A DNA stretch of 64,000 nucleotides. Source: Isurus oxyrinchus. Taxonomy: Eukaryota. Below are positions 63,301-64,000 of the stretch, piece after piece. Under the pieces are notes generated by a model. That model was not told the DNA's origin, ran no database searches, and saw only the letters and a program-made list of their open reading frames with translations. The stretch's first letter is position 1. Each line of letters starts with the position of its first letter. The stretch is from positions 61,566,001 to 61,630,000 of the forward strand of contig JANJGN010000020.1 of the NCBI GenBank assembly GCA_026770705.1. The letters are read 5' to 3'. Made by a program: the position numbers and the translations under genes.

Positions 63301-64000
63301 ACTAACCTAGCCAATGTTTGAAACATCAACAATATACTCTTAGCAGAAGATCATGGGTTTGGGTACATATTATTTCAGCTAATGTTTTACAGTTTACTTG
63401 GGCCACTGAAGCACCATATCACTTAAAAGCAAAGTTTTACAGTATAGAGGGGTGGAAGGGGAGGAGCGAACAGAAGTTTAGATTTGCCGCACTGTACATG
63501 ATTATTACTCCTGATTATCAGTTACAGTAGTGTTGATAAGAACTACAAGGAGGTCTGCAGCAAAGATTCTCCTGACTTTCTGGTGTGAAATGATGTGAGA
63601 TGGTCTATTGAGAAAAATAGGAAAGAGAAAAATGGGCAGAAAATATAAGCAAAAACCAAACGGATTTTCTGTGAAGCTCTGACTGAGAAAAGTGTGTTTA
63701 CCCTGATCTATGCGAAGAGTTAAACAAGATGTAAAAGCTCCCACACAATAGGTAATTAACATTGTCAATTTTTGTGCATGAAACACATAGGAAACATTCA
63801 TAAAAGTGCACAGAAGGAGAAGCTATTTGGCTCTAAAGGTTAAGTTTAACAGGAAGTGGCCAGCCACCAACATTTTTACAGGGCACTTGGCCCTTGTAAA
63901 TGTCTTAGATTTATAAGAAAAGGTTTTACATTTTAAAAAAATGTTGAACTCATCAATTAGTCAGAAAGAAAATAATTTTTACAATGAAATAATTCAGACA

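Overview
Eukaryotic, repeat-rich vertebrate DNA, most likely a shark or other cartilaginous fish (inferred from the repeat families, not verified). Almost all of the window appears to be intron of a + strand ERC/ELKS gene. The only recognisable host exon is 45783-45971 (189 nt, phase 0, IVQSLLELNQNRSKLKLYIGHL...KMSSEQ). It matches the ERC1 exon that precedes the C-terminal FIP-RBD exon and has a tandem CAGCAG acceptor. The rest is layered transposon debris: CR1, L2 and RTE LINE fragments, SINEs, a full-length decayed Gypsy provirus, two solo LTRs and a 5'-truncated Penelope element. There are also several short tail-to-tail Penelope-derived fold-back inserts with 12-15 bp target duplications, most carrying hammerhead-ribozyme-like motifs, and a dense set of PIF/Harbinger elements (transposase and Myb pseudogenes, MITEs with 3-bp TSDs). 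The two most unusual items are (i) a 3.7-kb Harbinger-type element that keeps its spliced Myb/SANT gene but carries an unrelated module (18-bp tandem repeats plus a conserved 21-bp inverted repeat) where the transposase would be, present here as three relatives, and (ii) the palindromic hammerhead-bearing Penelope mini-inserts. Most ORFs in the supplied track are spurious or TE-derived. All alignments were done by eye.
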